Shown here in pieces: positions 40,505 to 49,955 of a DNA stretch of 64,000 bases. The stretch comes from an uncultured bacterium (GTDB lineage: Bacteria > Poribacteria > WGA-4E > WGA-3G), in assembly GCA_964652195.1 (NCBI GenBank), contig CAZZBB010000076.1:16228-80227 (forward strand). The letters are read 5' to 3'. The number at the start of each line of letters is the position of its first letter. Within the stretch, counting starts at the first letter, position 1. The position numbers and the translations under genes were made by a program. A model generated the notes under the pieces. That model was given only the letters and a program-made list of their open reading frames with translations, was not told the DNA's origin and did not search any database.

Positions 40505-41980
40505 GTGGTACGCATGTCAAATCGTGATGAGTTTATTGCTGTCGTAAATACACTCAAAACACTCTCTCATACAATTACAGATGAACAGAATAGGAGTTTA
40601 TTACAGCAGGCAGTCCACGATCATGGTCTCTCAGTAGAAGGCGCGATGGAGATAATCAATTCATTAGGGATAACTGTAGGGGAAAGGATAAACTACTTTG
40701 AGGTATTGGGGTTTTCTATTGAAGATTTAACTTCGCAAGATGAATCTTCTATTACTAAAAATCTTGAAAATGCTCACATAAAATACTACACCGAATCATT
40801 ACAAGCAGGTGGGTTACCCCGACAGGATGGTAGGACTCAAGAACAGTGGCGTACAATTCTAAATCAAGCCTATGATACATTGAAAGATCCAATAAAACGC
40901 AAGGAACATATTGAAACCGTACAAACTGAGTCATCTCATGAAGAAAACACATCAACTATAGTAACCGAAATATCTGAGCCTAAAGATACCTCATTACAAG
41001 TTGCAGTTCCAGAAGAAATGGTCTTAATTCCATCTGGGGATTTTCAGATGGGTAATAGTGATGAAAATGCAAATCTACGGGAAACACCAGTACATATTGT
41101 CGGAACGGATGCATTTTATATTGACAAATATCCAGTTACAAATGAACAATATAAAGCGTTTATAGATGCAAACCCATTATGGCGGAAACCATCTGATGGG
41201 ATGTGGTTAGATCTTCAAAAATGGTATGAGAAATATAAGGCGTTTATAGATGCAAACCCATTATGGCGCCCATTATGGCGGAAACCATCTGATGGAACGT
41301 GGTTAGATCTTCAAAAATGGTATGAGAAAGGGGGCGATCGGTATAATTACATATATGATAAATATCATGATGGAGAGTATCTGAGACATTGGACACACAA
41401 TAAGTTCCCTCTTGAGACAGCTGATCATCCTGTTACGAATGTAAGTTGGTATGCAGCAATGGCGTATGCACAATGGGTTGGCAAACGTCTGCCAACAGAA
41501 GCTGAGTGGGAAAAAGCTGCGCGTGGAGGGTTAAATGGTCAGAAATATCCTTGGGGTGATTTCATGAATTCAAGCATGGCAAATTGTGGTGAGAATGCAG
41601 ATAAGACCACACCTATAGGTAAGTATCCTGCAAACAATTTCGGTATTTTTGATATGGTTGGGAATATATGGGAATGGTGCCTTGATGAATATGTAATTGA
41701 TTATTATACTTCCTCTACATCTCTGAATCCTATCGCAGGTGTTGACTCAAAGAAGGACTTGGATAATTTAATTCGTAATTTTAGAGTGGTTGATAGTGAT
41801 CGTGTTTTGCGAGGTGGCACATCCTTTATTTCATCAGAACCTATCCATACTTCCGCACGATGGGGTGGAACACCTATTCTTACTGAATTTACTGCCTCCT
41901 ATATGACAAAGTATTTAGAAGCTTTTTCAATGACAATCGCTGCAAACATTGGCTTCAGATGTGTATGGGATACAACGTAA
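40505..41980 (+). CDS. J-like module plus FGE-sulfatase-fold domain (array member 9)
   Basis: Same architecture; internal 84-bp tandem duplication; 18-aa C-terminal insertion like member 8. Confidence 0.9.
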   Translation: MVRMSNRDEFIAVVNTLKTLSHTITDEQNRSLLQQAVHDHGLSVEGAMEIINSLGITVGERINYFEVLGFSIEDLTSQDESSITKNLENAHIKYYTESLQAGGLPRQDGRTQEQWRTILNQAYDTLKDPIKRKEHIETVQTESSHEENTSTIVTEISEPKDTSLQVAVPEEMVLIPSGDFQMGNSDENANLRETPVHIVGTDAFYIDKYPVTNEQYKAFIDANPLWRKPSDGMWLDLQKWYEKYKAFIDANPLWRPLWRKPSDGTWLDLQKWYEKGGDRYNYIYDKYHDGEYLRHWTHNKFPLETADHPVTNVSWYAAMAYAQWVGKRLPTEAEWEKAARGGLNGQKYPWGDFMNSSMANCGENADKTTPIGKYPANNFGIFDMVGNIWEWCLDEYVIDYYTSSTSLNPIAGVDSKKDLDNLIRNFRVVDSDRVLRGGTSFISSEPIHTSARWGGTPILTEFTASYMTKYLEAFSMTIAANIGFRCVWDTT

Positions 41981-42044
41981 AACGAATCCTTAATTTTTGT
42001 TAAAACCAATTTATTAAACATTGATTTCATAACCTAAAGAGAGA

Positions 42045-44357
42045 TTGATTATGAGAAACAAAAATAATTACGTGTTATGGTATAACCAACCCGCACAAGA
42101 GTGGACGGATGCCCTACCCATTGGAAATGGACGACTTGGGGCAATGGTGTTTGGGGGAGTAGAACAGGAACGTATCCAACTCAATGAAGAAAGTCTTTGG
42201 GAAGGTAGTTTTCAGGATACAAATAATCCTAAAGCACTTGATGCACTCCCAATAGTTCAACAATTGTTGTTTGAAGACAAAAATGATGAAGCCACAAAAC
42301 TTGCTGGGGAAACGATGTTGGGGGTTCCACATCGTATAAAATCCTATCAGTCTTTAGGTGACATTTTTATTGATTTTGCCAATCACAGTAAAATTACAGA
42401 ATATAACCGAGAACTTGATTTAGTTACAGGTATAGCAAAGACAACCTATCAGGTTGGTAATGATAAGATCAACAGAGAAGTCTTCGCTACTGCTGTTGAT
42501 GATATTATCATTATCCGTATTAAATCCAATTCTGCCAATGGGGTTAATTTTGATGTCACAATGACTCGAGAACAGGACGCATTGATTGCATGCATATCAG
42601 ACAATATCCTTAGACTTGATGGAGAATGTAGTGATGGTGGTCTACGTTTTTCTGCATATCTGAAGGCAAATGTTGATGATGGAAAAATAGAATCGAATGA
42701 AGATAGAATTTCTATTCGTTCTGCAAGCAGTGTGACATTGCTACTGTCTGGGGCAACGAGCTATATCAATCAAAAAGATGCAACGGGTAATCCACATGAA
42801 TTGTGTGAAGGTTATCTTGCATCAGCAGAATACAAATCTTATGATGAATTACGTTCAGACCACATTCAGGAACATCAATCCCTATTCCAAAGAGTGGACA
42901 TTAACCTCGGTTCAAGCGATGCGGATAATCTACCTACAGATGAACGTTTAGCAAAAGTGAAGGAAGGGGCATCTGACCCAGGACTTGTTTCACTATATTT
43001 TCAGTTTGGACGTTATTTGTTAATGGGTAGTTCAAGACCTGGATGTCTCCCAGCAAACCTTCAGGGAGTTTGGAACCATCATATGAAGGCTCCTTGGAAT
43101 AGTGATTACCACACCAATATTAATTTACAAATGAATTACTGGGTTCCAGAAGTATGCAATCTTGCAGAGTGTCACAAACCACTATTTGATTATATGGATA
43201 CACTCGTTGAACCCGGAAGTGAAACAGCAAAACGGCATTATGGTGCAGGTGGTTGGGTTGTACATCACTTATCTGATATATGGGGATTTACAACCCCAGC
43301 AGATGGAATTTGGGGTATATCACCTGTGGGTGCAGCATGGTTAAGTGAACATGTTTGGGAACATTACCTATTTGGGGGTGATGAGGATTTTCTTAGAGAG
43401 CAAGGATACCCTTTAATGAAAGGTGCTGCACGGTTTATGCTTGATTTTCTAATTGAAGCACCAGAAGGAACGCCTTTTGCTGGAAAACTCGTAACGAATC
43501 CTTCCCATTCACCTGAAAACAGTTTCCAAAAAGCAGATGGTACGCGTTCACTCTTCACTTACGCCGCAACAATTGACCTTGAGATAATTCATGAACTATT
43601 TACAAATTGTATAGATTGTCTTGATGTACTTGAAATTGATGCGGATTTCCGAGAAGAATTAGTTTCATCTCTGGAGCGGTTGGCACCACTACAAATTAGT
43701 GAAAAAACAGGTAGACTGCAGGAGTGGATATATGACTATGACGAACCGGAACCAGGACATAGACATATGTCGCATATGTATGGTCTGCATCCCAGTTGTC
43801 AAATAACACTACGGGGCACTCCTGAGTTAGCAGAGGCAGCACGAAAATCTTTGGAATATCGATTACAACATGGTGGTGGACAAACAGGATGGAGTCGGGC
43901 ATGGTTGGTGAATTTCTTAGCACGACTTGAAGATGCTGAGGAAGCGTATAACCATTTACATGCACTCCTGGCAAGGTGCACCTTAACGAACCTGTTCGAT
44001 ACTCATCCTCCATTCCAGATTGATGGAAACTTTGGGGGAACTGCCGGAATTGCTGAGATGCTTATTCAAAGTCATGCCGGAGAAATTAACCTATTACCTG
44101 CACTACCAAAAGCATGGGATACGGGTTATGTGAGGGGATTACGTGCTCGAGGTGGGTTTGAAGTGGATATGGAATGGGAAAATGGTTCACTTACCAAGTC
44201 GAGTATATCTTCTCAACTTGGTAGGGAATGTACGGTTCGATCAACAGAAACTGTTTCAGTGTCGTGTGGAGGTGAAGAAATTGAAACAACTGAATCTGAT
44301 TCAGTGACAACATTCAGCACAGAAATTGGAAAAACTTATGTATTATCTACGTCATAG
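42045..44357 (+). CDS. Glycoside hydrolase family 95 (alpha-1,2-L-fucosidase-like)
   Basis: [55 protein letters not shown]. Confidence 0.93.
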   Translation: MIMRNKNNYVLWYNQPAQEWTDALPIGNGRLGAMVFGGVEQERIQLNEESLWEGSFQDTNNPKALDALPIVQQLLFEDKNDEATKLAGETMLGVPHRIKSYQSLGDIFIDFANHSKITEYNRELDLVTGIAKTTYQVGNDKINREVFATAVDDIIIIRIKSNSANGVNFDVTMTREQDALIACISDNILRLDGECSDGGLRFSAYLKANVDDGKIESNEDRISIRSASSVTLLLSGATSYINQKDATGNPHELCEGYLASAEYKSYDELRSDHIQEHQSLFQRVDINLGSSDADNLPTDERLAKVKEGASDPGLVSLYFQFGRYLLMGSSRPGCLPANLQGVWNHHMKAPWNSDYHTNINLQMNYWVPEVCNLAECHKPLFDYMDTLVEPGSETAKRHYGAGGWVVHHLSDIWGFTTPADGIWGISPVGAAWLSEHVWEHYLFGGDEDFLREQGYPLMKGAARFMLDFLIEAPEGTPFAGKLVTNPSHSPENSFQKADGTRSLFTYAATIDLEIIHELFTNCIDCLDVLEIDADFREELVSSLERLAPLQISEKTGRLQEWIYDYDEPEPGHRHMSHMYGLHPSCQITLRGTPELAEAARKSLEYRLQHGGGQTGWSRAWLVNFLARLEDAEEAYNHLHALLARCTLTNLFDTHPPFQIDGNFGGTAGIAEMLIQSHAGEINLLPALPKAWDTGYVRGLRARGGFEVDMEWENGSLTKSSISSQLGRECTVRSTETVSVSCGGEEIETTESDSVTTFSTEIGKTYVLSTS

Positions 44358-44396
44358 TTTTAATACAGATTCATCGGAATCCTATCCTTCAAAAAG

Positions 44397-44435
44397 CAAT
44401 AGACTCCGTCAATTTTTCATTGATGGAGTCTATTG
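44397..44435. terminator. Bidirectional terminator between convergent genes
   Basis: caatagactccgtcaa-N7-ttgatggagtctattg, 16-bp stem with one G:U. Confidence 0.75.
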
Positions 44436-44473
44436 GTAATACCAAGAATGTTTTGTGAGTATTGTGATGATTA

Positions 44474-45265
44474 CTATTTGGTCTTCAAATTCCCCCAAGT
44501 TGTTGTCAACTTACCAACTGCTTCAACAGCAGTAATCGCAGAAATACCATCTTCCATCACAGATTTTACTTCATCATGGGTTAACCCTCGTTTCCAAACT
44601 TGCATGTCATCCATGAGTCCAGCAAATGGCCGTTTATTGTCTATATTAAAACCAACACGTGCACCTTGACCCCAATCTCCTGCGATAGGATCTGGCAATC
44701 GTGCTTTTTCCTCGCCTACTTTTTCACCATTGATATAGAGGTACGCCATAGCTTCTTCACGACTGAATGTCCCAGCATAATGTGTCCATACTTTTGCAGT
44801 GTTTTTACCGGCGCGGATATCAAATAATGTCTTACCCGGATTATGTCCCCGATTGAGCCAACGAAAATTACCATCTCCTCGGGCTTCAGGGTGTACTAAC
44901 CATGTACCATCTGTTGCACGAGCGTTGAAGAGTGCCATATCTGTAACTGCATCAACATTAATCCATGCAACAATACTCATACCTTGTGTTGGTATATGGT
45001 CTGGATCAACGTTTGGACCATCTATATCAAGATAACTGCCAGAAACAAAATGTCCAGCTTTACCGAATTTACCCGCATTCGCTTGAGTCACAGTTCCATT
45101 GATCGTACCGTCATAGCCATGACCTGATTGATCAATCACTTTATTTCCAGAAAATTCTTCAAAACCAAAGTAGAATACTAAATCCTCATCTAACACATTT
45201 GCAGACAAATTACTAATATGAGATGCAAAAATCAAACATATAGCTACCATTATGAAACGTTTCAT
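44474..45265 (-). CDS. Secreted LamG/concanavalin A-like domain protein with Poribacteria-type C-terminal motif
   Basis: Signal peptide; DLVFYFGFEE, GKFGKA, SIVAWI, WTHYAGTF, YINGE, FAGLMDD; ends AVEAVGKLTTTWGNLKTK. Confidence 0.88.
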   Translation of the reverse strand: MKRFIMVAICLIFASHISNLSANVLDEDLVFYFGFEEFSGNKVIDQSGHGYDGTINGTVTQANAGKFGKAGHFVSGSYLDIDGPNVDPDHIPTQGMSIVAWINVDAVTDMALFNARATDGTWLVHPEARGDGNFRWLNRGHNPGKTLFDIRAGKNTAKVWTHYAGTFSREEAMAYLYINGEKVGEEKARLPDPIAGDWGQGARVGFNIDNKRPFAGLMDDMQVWKRGLTHDEVKSVMEDGISAITAVEAVGKLTTTWGNLKTK

Positions 45266-45605
45266 GTAGATTACTCCTTTTACATTTGAATGAAATCAAC
45301 ATTTTGATTGCTAAATGTAGATTAGTATAACAGAGTTAATATTCTAAGGCAAACCAAATTCAAGGTTAACATTACTTAATCATAAGAAATTGGTTGCACA
45401 TATAGGATTTTCCTTTTAGATAGCTTATTGATTTTCATGGTATTTTTGCAGAATTCAATATAATACCATATCTGGTAATTAGAGACCCAACAATAAAATC
45501 TCTTGACTGTATCCCAAACTTTCATTATCTGTAGTATTTCAAGACATAAAAATAACCTAATCAAGGTAGAATCACTTATATATAGTATTCCATTTTTCCT
45601 CTTCT

Positions 45606-45630
45606 GTGGGAGGGGATTCCGATCCCCGAT
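45606..45630 (+). repeat. REP-like palindrome
   Basis: GTGGGAGGGGATTCCGATCCCCGAT; same family as 51241-51360 and 63567-63630. Confidence 0.6.
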
Positions 45631-45791
45631 CTTATCTTATCAACACAAACCATAGTTAAGACAAATAAAACCATTTACGGAGAATCATTTATATAAATGG
45701 TATAAGAAAAAGTATCGTAATTCAAAATCTTTTAACTTGATTAATCAGAAATTATTAGGTAAATTATGACAAGAAGACAGGAGCTTCCAGA

Positions 45792-47576
45792 ATGAAAATA
45801 TCACCTATAGATTGGGCTATAATTATCGGCTATATCCTTTTTGCATTAGGGCTTGGCATCTATTTCTCTAAAAGAGCCGGTAAGAATATAAGTGAATTCT
45901 TCATCTCTGGTCGCAACCTCCCTTGGTGGCTTGCTGGTACCTCTATGGTCGCAACTACCTTCGCTTCAGACACTCCGCTTGCGGTAACCGAAATCGTTGT
46001 AAAAGATGGTATATCAGGTAATTGGTTATGGTGGAATGCAGTCTTGAGTGGAATGTTGGCAACATTCCTTTTTTCTCGATTATGGCGTCGTTCTGAAATC
46101 ATCACCGATGTTGAATTCACAGAGTTACGTTATTCAGGACCATCAGCAAGTTTTCTCCGTGGTTTCCGTGCCTTATATATCGGACTGCCAATTAACTGCA
46201 TCACAATGGGGTGGGTTATCCTTGCAATGCAGAAAATCGTTGTGATTACCTTTGCCCTACCTGACACAACCTATACCAAAGTCCTCGTCGTATTAGGATG
46301 TCTTATAATTGCCGGGATCTATTGTGCTTTGTCAGGATTTTGGGGTGTTGTAATGACCGACCTTGTCCAATTTGGAATGGCAATGATCGGTTCATTCTCT
46401 CTGGCTATTATCGCCATAACTAAAATTGGTGGAATAGGGGCATTAAAAGATAAACTCGTCGAAAACTATGGCGTAGAACACAATATACTGGATTTCAATC
46501 CCGATTTCAGTACCGGGAAAATGGCGATAATTACCTTTGGTGTTTATATCGGTATGCAATGGTGGGCATCAAACGGTGTGGATGGAAGTGGTTATATAGC
46601 ACAGAGAATGTTTGCTGCGAAAAATGAACGACATACACTCCTCGCAACACTTTGGTTTAACATTGCTCACTACACACTTCGTCCTTGGCCCTGGATCCTT
46701 GTGGCATTGGTAGCAATGGTCGTGTATCCGGGTATAGGTGATCCTAATCATATTGATACTTCATTGCAGGATCCTACAGCAGGATATGTTCTGTTAATGC
46801 TTGATTATTTACCTGTCGGTCTACTGGGGTTAATGCTTACAGCATTCTTAGCTGCCTTCATGTCCACAATTGACACACATCTCAATTGGGGAGCATCCTA
46901 CCTTGTGAATGATTTTTATAAGAGGTTTATTGCATCCGATGAAACACCTGAACATTATGTTGCCATCTCCCGTTTCTCTGTAATTCTGATAATGATTTTC
47001 GCTGGAATAACAAGTCTATTCATGGATTCAATCGCAGGTGCTTGGAAATTTCTGATTGCCTTAAATGCTGGAATTGGACTTGTCCAAATATTAAGATGGT
47101 ACTGGTGGCGAATAAATGCTTGGTCAGAAATATCTGCTATGGTCGCAGCATTAGTCGTTTCCATTTGTGTCTTTATTATTCCTGCAACCAAAGGTGAATT
47201 CGCACTTCAAATGCTGTTCATTGTTCCAATCTCAACAGTAGTCTGGTTAGTTGTCACATTTAACACACAACCCGTTTCCATTAAAACATTGATTAGCTTT
47301 TACAAGAGAGTAAGACCATCAAGATTAGGCTGGAATCAGATTATCAAAATAATAAATAGTGAAGATAAAACCACAACTATTGAACCTGTTTCAAGTGGAA
47401 TTCCTCCAATGATAAATTGGATAATTGGTGTGGTTTTCATATATTCACTGTTATTTGGTATTGGAAAGTTTATCTTAGGATTTACTGATATAGGTGTTTT
47501 ATATCTATTTATTGCAATTATCTCAGGATTTATCATGTATCTGAATTTACCTCGTAAAGAGAAAGACAACTCTTGA
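45792..47576 (+). CDS. Sodium:solute symporter family transporter
   Basis: FFISGRNLPWWLAGTSMVATTFA, GVVMTDLVQF, LAAFMSTIDT; many hydrophobic segments. Confidence 0.92.
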   Translation: MKISPIDWAIIIGYILFALGLGIYFSKRAGKNISEFFISGRNLPWWLAGTSMVATTFASDTPLAVTEIVVKDGISGNWLWWNAVLSGMLATFLFSRLWRRSEIITDVEFTELRYSGPSASFLRGFRALYIGLPINCITMGWVILAMQKIVVITFALPDTTYTKVLVVLGCLIIAGIYCALSGFWGVVMTDLVQFGMAMIGSFSLAIIAITKIGGIGALKDKLVENYGVEHNILDFNPDFSTGKMAIITFGVYIGMQWWASNGVDGSGYIAQRMFAAKNERHTLLATLWFNIAHYTLRPWPWILVALVAMVVYPGIGDPNHIDTSLQDPTAGYVLLMLDYLPVGLLGLMLTAFLAAFMSTIDTHLNWGASYLVNDFYKRFIASDETPEHYVAISRFSVILIMIFAGITSLFMDSIAGAWKFLIALNAGIGLVQILRWYWWRINAWSEISAMVAALVVSICVFIIPATKGEFALQMLFIVPISTVVWLVVTFNTQPVSIKTLISFYKRVRPSRLGWNQIIKIINSEDKTTTIEPVSSGIPPMINWIIGVVFIYSLLFGIGKFILGFTDIGVLYLFIAIISGFIMYLNLPRKEKDNS

Positions 47577-48424
47577 AAAGCATAGGAATCATTCCCGCAC
47601 GATATGCATCATCTCGGTTTGAAGGTAAACCTTTAGCTGATATATTTGGTAAACCGATGATACAGTATGTATACGAGGGCGCATGTAGATCAAAGTTCCT
47701 TGAACAAGTGATCGTTGCTACCGATGATAAACGGATATACGATGTCGTTCAGAATTTTAACGGAAATACTGTGATGACATCTGAGTGTTCAACTGGAACT
47801 GAGCGGGTTGCCCTTGTCGCTAAAGAGTTGAAATGTGATATCGTACTCAACATACAAGGTGATGAACCATTAATTGAACCTGAACATATTGATTTAATGC
47901 TTCAACCTTTCTTAACAACTCCATCTATTCAAGTATGTACATTAAAGGAGAGAGTTCACTCTATTGAGGATTATCTGGACCCAAACGTCGTTAAAGTTGT
48001 TACAAATCTTAACGGAGATGCGTTGTATTTTTCAAGAAGTTCTCTGCCACATATTCCTGATAAAAATCAGAAATTGATAAACAAAAACAAATATATATAT
48101 AGGCATATTGGTTTATACGCATATCGGAGAGAACAACTTCTTGAATTCATTACATGGGAATCTACCCCTAATGAAATAGCCGAAGGGTTAGAACAGTTAC
48201 GATTTTTGGAGCACGACGTAAATATACATGTCGTTGAAACGGATAAACCCCTTATTGGAGTTGATGTTCCTACAGACTTAGATCGGGTAAAACATATCTT
48301 AGAAAAGAGAGGGATTGAAAAAAATGACAAAATATATCTTTGTAACAGGTGGTGTGATCTCAGGTATTGGAAAGGGAATTACAACGGCTTCACTCGGGAG
48401 ATTACTAATCAATCGCGGTTTTAA
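47573..48424 (+). CDS. kdsB: 3-deoxy-manno-octulosonate cytidylyltransferase
   Basis: IPARYASSRFEGKPL, TGTERV, NIQGDEP, LYFSRS, HIGLYAY, LEQLRFLE, GVDVPTDL; C-terminal extension overlaps pyrG. Confidence 0.95.
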   Translation: MKSIGIIPARYASSRFEGKPLADIFGKPMIQYVYEGACRSKFLEQVIVATDDKRIYDVVQNFNGNTVMTSECSTGTERVALVAKELKCDIVLNIQGDEPLIEPEHIDLMLQPFLTTPSIQVCTLKERVHSIEDYLDPNVVKVVTNLNGDALYFSRSSLPHIPDKNQKLINKNKYIYRHIGLYAYRREQLLEFITWESTPNEIAEGLEQLRFLEHDVNIHVVETDKPLIGVDVPTDLDRVKHILEKRGIEKNDKIYLCNRWCDLRYWKGNYNGFTREITNQSRF

Positions 48425-49955
48425 AGTTAATGTCGTCAAAATTGATCCGTATCTAAATGTTGATGCAGGGGTTATGAACCCTTTTCAACACGGTGAAGTT
48501 TTTGTAACACATGATGGCGCGGAAACGGATTTAGATGTTGGGAACTATGAGCGGTTCTTAGGTGTTGATTTGAATCAACAATCTAATTTCACTACAGGTT
48601 CAGTATATAATGAAGTAATTCAAAAAGAACGAAGAGGGGATTACCTTGGGCAAACCGTACAATTAATACCTCATATTACGGATGAAATCAAAAAAAGAAT
48701 ATATCAAATTGGTAAAGATAACCATGTCGATATCGTTATTACGGAAATTGGTGGAACCATAGGTGATTTTGAGATGCCGCCGTTTGTTGAAGCAATTAGA
48801 CAAATTGCTATGGAAGTAGGAAGAGAGAATACACTTTTCTTACACGTCTCCTTGATTTACACATTACCCAATGGAGAAAGTAAGAGTAAACCCACGCAAC
48901 ATAGCATCAGAAAACTTCAGGAATTTGGTATACAACCAGATCTATTATTGTGTCGTACAAGTCAACATCTTGAAGATAGTGTCAGACGAAAAATATCACT
49001 CCTATGTGGGATCAGTGAGGATTTTATCATAGAAGGATTAGATACGAACTGTGTAGATGAAATACCTCTGAATTTTGAGGAACAAGGTATGGGACACCTT
49101 GTAGCAAAAAAATTAGGACTTGAAAGACGCGCAACATTAGATGCAGAGTGGATTGCAATGGTAGATAAATTAAAAAATCCTAAACACCACACGACCATCG
49201 CTATAGTTGGGAAATATACTACTGGAAGTGATGCTTATATAAGTGTTCAAGAAGCAATTAAACATGGTGGTATAGGAAACGAAGCTTCAGTAAATATTGA
49301 GTGGATTGAAGCGGAAGAGGTAACAGAACTGTCCAATCTTGACAAGTTGTTTGAGAATATAGATGGTATATTAGTTCCAGGTGGATTTGGGGATCGCGGT
49401 ATTGAAGGCATGTTAACTACAGTCAAATATGCTCGTGAGAATAAAATCCCTTACTTCGGATTATGCCTCGGTATGCAATGCCTTGTAATTGAATTTGCCC
49501 GGAATGTAGCAAACTTAGAAGACGCCAATAGCACAGAAGTTGATGAAAACACCCAATATCCCGTAATTGATTTGATGTTGGACCAACGTTCAATAGCAGA
49601 TTTAGGTGCAACGATGAGACTTGGACACTATCCGTGTGTACTAAAGGAAAATACGAAAAGTTACAATGCTTATCAACAACCTATAATTATTGAACGACAT
49701 CGACACAGATATGAATTGAATAACGATTTTCGTATAGAATTAGAAAACGCGGGTCTCTGTTTTAGTGGTGTTTCCCCAGATGAAAGTCTTGTCGAAATCG
49801 CTGAAGTCCCAGACCATCCGTGGATGGTTGGTTCTCAATTTCATCCTGAATTCCAATCAAAACCACTTGCCCCACACCCCTTATTCAGAGAATTCATTTC
49901 TGCAGTATTAACTCACCAGCAAGAGAGAATAAATACAGGAGACGATGATGAATAA
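48324..49955 (+). CDS. pyrG: CTP synthase
   Basis: TKYIFVTGGVISGIGKG, KIDPYLN, HGEVFVT, GLCLGMQ, ERHRHRYE, QFHPEF. ATG at 48324 preferred over TTG 48315. Confidence 0.97.
   Translation: MTKYIFVTGGVISGIGKGITTASLGRLLINRGFKVNVVKIDPYLNVDAGVMNPFQHGEVFVTHDGAETDLDVGNYERFLGVDLNQQSNFTTGSVYNEVIQKERRGDYLGQTVQLIPHITDEIKKRIYQIGKDNHVDIVITEIGGTIGDFEMPPFVEAIRQIAMEVGRENTLFLHVSLIYTLPNGESKSKPTQHSIRKLQEFGIQPDLLLCRTSQHLEDSVRRKISLLCGISEDFIIEGLDTNCVDEIPLNFEEQGMGHLVAKKLGLERRATLDAEWIAMVDKLKNPKHHTTIAIVGKYTTGSDAYISVQEAIKHGGIGNEASVNIEWIEAEEVTELSNLDKLFENIDGILVPGGFGDRGIEGMLTTVKYARENKIPYFGLCLGMQCLVIEFARNVANLEDANSTEVDENTQYPVIDLMLDQRSIADLGATMRLGHYPCVLKENTKSYNAYQQPIIIERHRHRYELNNDFRIELENAGLCFSGVSPDESLVEIAEVPDHPWMVGSQFHPEFQSKPLAPHPLFREFISAVLTHQQERINTGDDDE

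Noticed and set aside
30735-41980. Array as formylglycine-generating (sulfatase-maturing) enzymes, suggested by the nearby sulfatase
   Set aside because: The catalytic Cys pair of true FGE in the RGGS-x-x-C-x-x-x-x-C segment is absent in all eight; they are fused to a J-like module and linked to Hsp70.
26866-41980. A complete diversity-generating retroelement
   Set aside because: No reverse transcriptase, no avd-like gene and no non-coding template repeat differing only at adenines were seen in the window; a remote DGR cannot be excluded.
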